Shown here in pieces: positions 43,533-46,872 of a DNA stretch of 46,872 nt. The notes under the pieces were generated by a model that saw only the letters and a program-made list of their open reading frames with translations, did no database searches and was not told where the DNA came from. Source of the stretch: Phycisphaerales bacterium (GTDB lineage Bacteria > Planctomycetota > Phycisphaerae > Phycisphaerales > SM1A02); assembly GCA_044341665.1 (NCBI GenBank), contig JBIIRG010000001.1, forward strand, positions 1 to 46,872, in the 5' to 3' direction. Each line of letters begins with the position of its first letter. The stretch's first letter is position 1. The translations under genes and the position numbers were made by a program.

Positions 43533-44068
43533 GTCCCACCGGCCTCCCGATCGAGCTGCTCAAGCATGCGTTCGAATGCCCGCACGACATTGATCTCGAT
43601 CCAAACCGCCTGCGCTGCCTCCGTCCCGATCTGCCCCGTCGGATCTGAAGCGAACGCCTCCGCGAGACGGGCAAGCGCCGCGACACGCTCCCCCTCCGCC
43701 TCGCTCCGGAGAACATCGATCGACGCCGAATCCTCCCTCGACTCGTCGACCCGTTCGCGCAGTTCCATCATCCGCAACAGGAATCCCTCCGGCAGCGCCC
43801 GATGGTCCACAACCGGCGCCTGGCGCAACTGGAGCAACTCGACGGCGCGTGCAAGCGGGTCCACCAGCGTTCGGTAGGCCGCGTTCACGCGGGCGCTCTC
43901 CTCAGCCGCACCCGTCGCATCGGGATGGACGGCCGCCGCCCGCTGCATCCAAGCCGCTCGGACTGTCCGCGGCTCGATTTCAAACCGTAGCGGCAGCCCC
44001 AACAGGCCAAAGGCCCCGTTGGCAGAGGCTCCAGACGGGGCTGGCATAGGGCTGGCTGGATCGGGCAT
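43529..44068 (-). CDS. HscB-like J-domain co-chaperone
   Basis: 179 aa from ATG 44066-44068. The sequence ...AFGLLGLPLRFEIEPRTVRAAWMQRAAAVHPDATG...VNAAYRTLVDPLARAVELLQL... has an HPD motif in an HscB-type J domain. Its stop overlaps the next gene's start by 4 nt. Confidence 0.6.
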   Translation of the reverse strand: MPDPASPMPAPSGASANGAFGLLGLPLRFEIEPRTVRAAWMQRAAAVHPDATGAAEESARVNAAYRTLVDPLARAVELLQLRQAPVVDHRALPEGFLLRMMELRERVDESREDSASIDVLRSEAEGERVAALARLAEAFASDPTGQIGTEAAQAVWIEINVVRAFERMLEQLDREAGGT

Positions 44069-44318
44069 TCTGGCGTTCAGCAACAGGAAGGCTCGGGTCG
44101 TGATTCGGATTATCGGCGCCGCACGGAGAGGGATGCACGATACCCGTCCCGACTCGCTTGAGACGACTTTTTGCAGATCCCTTCTTGACGAACCCAAAAC
44201 CCTGTATGCTGCGCGGTTGACCGCACCACTGACCGTCAGTCCCCTGCGCGTCGAGAATTCATAGAGCCACCCGTGCGCCAGAAGCACGAAGTGGCGAGAC
44301 CTGGCCCGGAGGCCAGAC

Positions 44319-44795
44319 ATGTTCAAGCTCTTTGTCGGAAATCTCAATTATCGTACGACGCCAGATGGCCTTCGCGAAATCTTCTCGGCTCACGGAGAGG
44401 TGCTGGATGTGTTCATCGGAACCGACCGCGAGACCGGCCGCTCGCGCGGCTTCGGCTTCGTGACCATGGGAACGAAGGAGGCCAGCCAGGCCGCCATCGA
44501 GAACCTCAATGGCAAGGACTTCGAGGGCCGCGCTCTCGTCGTCAATGAGGCCCAGCCTCGCGCTCCCCGTCCCGGTGGCGGCTTCGGCGGCGGCGGTGGC
44601 GGCGGCTTCGGTGGTGGTGGCGGCGGCCGCGGCGGCTTCGGCGGCGGCGGCGGTGGTGGTCGCGGTGGCTTCGGTGGCGGTGGCGGCGGTCGCGGCGGCT
44701 TCGGCGGCGGCGGTGGTCGCGGCGGCGATCGTGGCGGACGCGACTCTGATCGCGAGCGCGGCGACCGTCGCGAGCAGCGTCACGACGACTGGTGA
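44319..44795 (+). CDS. RRM-type RNA-binding protein with a glycine/arginine-rich (RGG) tail
   Basis: 158 aa. RNP2 is KLFVGNL and RNP1 is RGFGFVTM, followed by (G)[10 protein letters not shown] repeats. GGAGG lies 8 nt before the ATG. Confidence 0.88.
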   Translation: MFKLFVGNLNYRTTPDGLREIFSAHGEVLDVFIGTDRETGRSRGFGFVTMGTKEASQAAIENLNGKDFEGRALVVNEAQPRAPRPGGGFGGGGGGGFGGGGGGRGGFGGGGGGGRGGFGGGGGGRGGFGGGGGRGGDRGGRDSDRERGDRREQRHDDW

Positions 44796-44863
44796 TCATT
44801 CCATCAGGCGACTCGAGTTCTACTCGTAGCCCGCCTCTCGGATTCATCTACGTCTCAATCCCC

Positions 44864-44900
44864 AACCGCGCACGATTCGTCGTGCGCGGTTGTGCTTTTG
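44864..44900 (+). terminator. Rho-independent terminator of the RRM/RGG gene
   Basis: AACCGCGCACG-ATTCGT-CGTGCGCGGTT is followed by GTGCTTTTG. Confidence 0.75.
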
Positions 44901-45335
44901 CATGCCCTTGCACCGAGCTCCCCCACCGAGATCCGAGCTGCGATCCGAGCTGCTCGGTTTCGGCATTTCTCGATGACTCAGTCGGGCTCCTCCCCCATCG
45001 TCAGTCGTGCGATGCAGTCGTATGCGTTGTGAGACGACCTCGAGACACCCGCCATCGCCCAAGCACACCCCGACTGCTCATGCAGCGTTCTGAGTGAACT
45101 GCTCTTTCGCCGACGATGCACCCACTCGCCACATCGGCCAGTCGCCACGAAAGGCTCTCGCGCGCCCGAAGGAAAGCCTCACGAGTGGTTCAAACACACC
45201 CTCGCAATACGCAGGCGAGTGTGAAGCCCGAGTCATCCCGAAGCACAGGTCAGCGTAAGGCACCATGCGCGACCGAGACCAGACGCAACACGCGAAGCAG
45301 ATGAATCAATGGTTAAGGCCGCTCGATGAGCGACG

Positions 45336-46061
45336 TCATGTCGTTGGACGACTTGGGCGATCGCCGGCATCGATGCCGCCACTGTCACCGCCGCGGCGTT
45401 CCTCACCCTCATGGCGAAGAGGTGGGCGAGAAGCCGACGAACTGTCGGATCCAAACGGAGGGCGAGGCATCCTGGGAGCTCCAGAGCTCGATCCGAATCC
45501 CGACGCGCCCGATCTCGGAGCGCCGTAACCCGAACCAGAGGCGCCAGGACCGGTGCCGAAACTGCGCCCGGATCCTGAACCGCCGAAACCACTTGACCCA
45601 GGTCCCGCGCCGGGACCTGCACCGGGTCCTGAACCAGGTCCTGAACCAGGTCCTGGACCAGCAGGACCGCTTCCGAACGAAGTGCCTCGAGGACCGCGGT
45701 TGATGCCGCGCCTGGGACCACCACGGATCGCACCCGCTCGGCCACCGCCCTGTCGATTGAAGTGCGGGCCGAACGGTCCCTGCCGTGTTTCCTTGGCAGC
45801 CTTCGCAGCGGCCTGACCCTTCTTCATGACTTCATTGATCGTCAGCGTCTTGCCGAGCAAACGCTTGCCTTGCGTAGCCTTGACGGCCGCACGTCCAATC
45901 TCTGGATCACGCACCATGACGATTGCAAAGCCCTTGGCCTTGCCCGTCTTGGAATCGGAAACCAAGACCGCGTCCTCGATCGTCATGAACGGAGAGAAGA
46001 GTTCGCGGACTTGCTCGATCTTGACTCGAGGATCGAGGTTACCCACGTAAATCTTGAACAT
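45336..46061 (-). CDS. RRM-type RNA-binding protein with a Gly/Pro/Ser-rich low-complexity tail
   Basis: 241 aa from ATG 46059-46061. RNP2 is KIYVGNL and RNP1 is KGFAIVMV, followed by ...GPGPGSGPGSGPGAGPGAGPGSSGFGGSGSG.... The 61 upstream codons of the track ORF were not called. Confidence 0.8.
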   Translation of the reverse strand: MFKIYVGNLDPRVKIEQVRELFSPFMTIEDAVLVSDSKTGKAKGFAIVMVRDPEIGRAAVKATQGKRLLGKTLTINEVMKKGQAAAKAAKETRQGPFGPHFNRQGGGRAGAIRGGPRRGINRGPRGTSFGSGPAGPGPGSGPGSGPGAGPGAGPGSSGFGGSGSGRSFGTGPGASGSGYGAPRSGASGFGSSSGAPRMPRPPFGSDSSSASRPPLRHEGEERRGGDSGGIDAGDRPSRPTT

Positions 46062-46543
46062 CGGCACGGCAGATACTCCAGATGGCTCCGCGTCGGCGAC
46101 CAAGCCTGACGCGGGTGCACTCGTTCGCAAGCGACCGATCATCACGGCTGGTGATCCGCATCCTCGGACTCCCAGCACCCGATCGAACATCGGATGCGCC
46201 TCCGTTGTCAGGATAACGCGACAGCCCCGCTCATGTGTCGTCATCGACGCTCATGGGACCAAACTTCATGCAATGCGACCGTCCGTCGGGAAACTGCGAT
46301 GCGCGGCGCGAGCCCCCTCAGAAACGTCGAGCTGGCTCCACTCGCGCGTGGGGTCTCTCGCCAGGCAGCGCCTCCGGTCCGACGACCTCATCGCAACGGG
46401 CCGCTTCGCCTCCCGTCGAATCCGTATCAAGTCCAGTCGAGCGGCAGCCGCGACGAACGCCCAAATCTCGCCCAAAGCGCTCCCAGCTCATGCGGATGCG
46501 ACGCTCAGCGAGAACGCACCCTCCAGTCGCGCCGTTGACACTG

Positions 46544-46581
46544 GAAAAACAAAGAACCCCCCCAGGTAGTACCTGGGGGGG
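46544..46581 (-). terminator. Rho-independent terminator downstream of the 5S rRNA
   Basis: On the - strand, CCCCCCCAGG-TACTA-CCTGGGGGGG (10-bp perfect stem) is followed by TTCTTTGTTTTTCC. Confidence 0.85.
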
Positions 46582-46587
46582 TTCATA

Positions 46588-46697
46588 AAGTCGGCGATAA
46601 CCTACTTTCCCGCTGAGCAGTATCATCGGCTGCAAGGGCTTAACTTCTGTGTTCGGGATGGGAACAGGTGTGACCCCTTGCATATGGTCACCGACAA
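46588..46697 (-). rRNA. rrf: 5S ribosomal RNA
   Basis: The reverse complement reads ...GTCGGTGACCATATGCAAGGGGTCACACCTGTTCCCATCCCGAACACAGAAGTTAAGCCCTTGCAGCCGATGATACTGCTCAGCGGGAAAGTAGGTTATCGCCGAC.... The conserved CCGAACACAGAAGTTAAGC and GGGAAAGTAGGT blocks are present and the helix I ends pair. The ends are good to about +/-3 nt. Confidence 0.9.
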
Positions 46698-46821
46698 ATC
46701 CACACGAACCCTTTCGGCTTCGTGAGGCAGAGTGCAAATGTCTTTGAATCGCACCAGACAGAGCTTAGGCGACTCCGGACCGAACCAGGAGGACCTGGAA
46801 CGGAAACCGGTAGACGCGACA

Positions 46822-46872
46822 AAGTCTTTGACCGTTAGTACCACTTAGCTGAACGGATCTCTCCGCTTACAC
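46822..46872 (-). rRNA. rrl: 23S ribosomal RNA, extreme 3' end (continues beyond the window)
   Basis: The reverse complement GTGTAAGCGGAGAGATCCGTTCAGCTAAGTGGTACTAACGGTCAAAGACTT parallels the E. coli 23S 3' terminus GTGTAAGCGCAGCGATGCGTTGAGCTAACCGGTACTAATGAACCGTGAGGCTT. The 3' boundary is approximate. Confidence 0.75.

Noticed and set aside
44185-44210. TTGACG ... TATGCT as the promoter of the RRM/RGG gene.
   Set aside because: The spacer is only 14 nt, too short for a canonical sigma-70 promoter, so I did not list it as a feature.
1-46872. A mobile element, prophage, genomic island or defence system somewhere in the window.
   Set aside because: I recognised no integrase, transposase, recombinase, phage structural gene, restriction-modification gene, cas gene or other defence gene. 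The tRNA genes are not flanked by direct repeats or foreign-looking DNA, and composition is uniformly GC-rich apart from short intergenic patches.

Overview
This is a very GC-rich, gene-dense stretch of core chromosome. It is probably from a Planctomycetota-like bacterium; that is an inference from a PSCyt1-type cytochrome-domain protein, many secreted HEAT/vWA proteins and a 23S-5S rRNA end.

I can support about 40 CDS:
- Housekeeping genes: ileS, mutS, obg, rpmA, dnaA, guaA, dprA, mdh.
- An eight-gene chemotaxis operon: cheA-cheW-cheR-cheD-HDOD-cheY-cheX-cheB.
- A ZIP metal transporter, two coupled DUF21/CBS transporters with an HscB-like J-protein, and two convergent RRM RNA-binding proteins.
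- A DUF433/DUF5615 toxin-antitoxin-like pair.
- A PSCyt / NHL-propeller / lipoprotein operon.

RNA genes are tRNA-Ala(CGC), tRNA-Ile(GAU), a 5S rRNA and the 3' tip of a 23S rRNA. I found no transposase, integrase, phage gene, CRISPR array or recognisable defence gene. Many long ORFs in the six-frame track are antisense shadow ORFs caused by the GC content, and I did not call them.

I do not see a convincing new multi-gene system. The observations most worth a second look are:
1. An in-frame 96-bp duplication of a gene's 3' end beyond its TGA, where the two copies differ only at third codon positions.
2. An inverted-repeat element of about 185 bp, whose 17-nt core recurs 25 kb away.
3. Two triple tandem hairpin repeats at convergent gene ends.
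4. A cluster of DnaA-box-like sites upstream of a dnaA that has no dnaN after it.
5. A DegT-family protein that seems to lack both PLP-anchoring residues.
6. An HDOD gene embedded in the che operon, next to a CheA with two HPt domains.

All family assignments come from reading the translations by eye, not from database searches.
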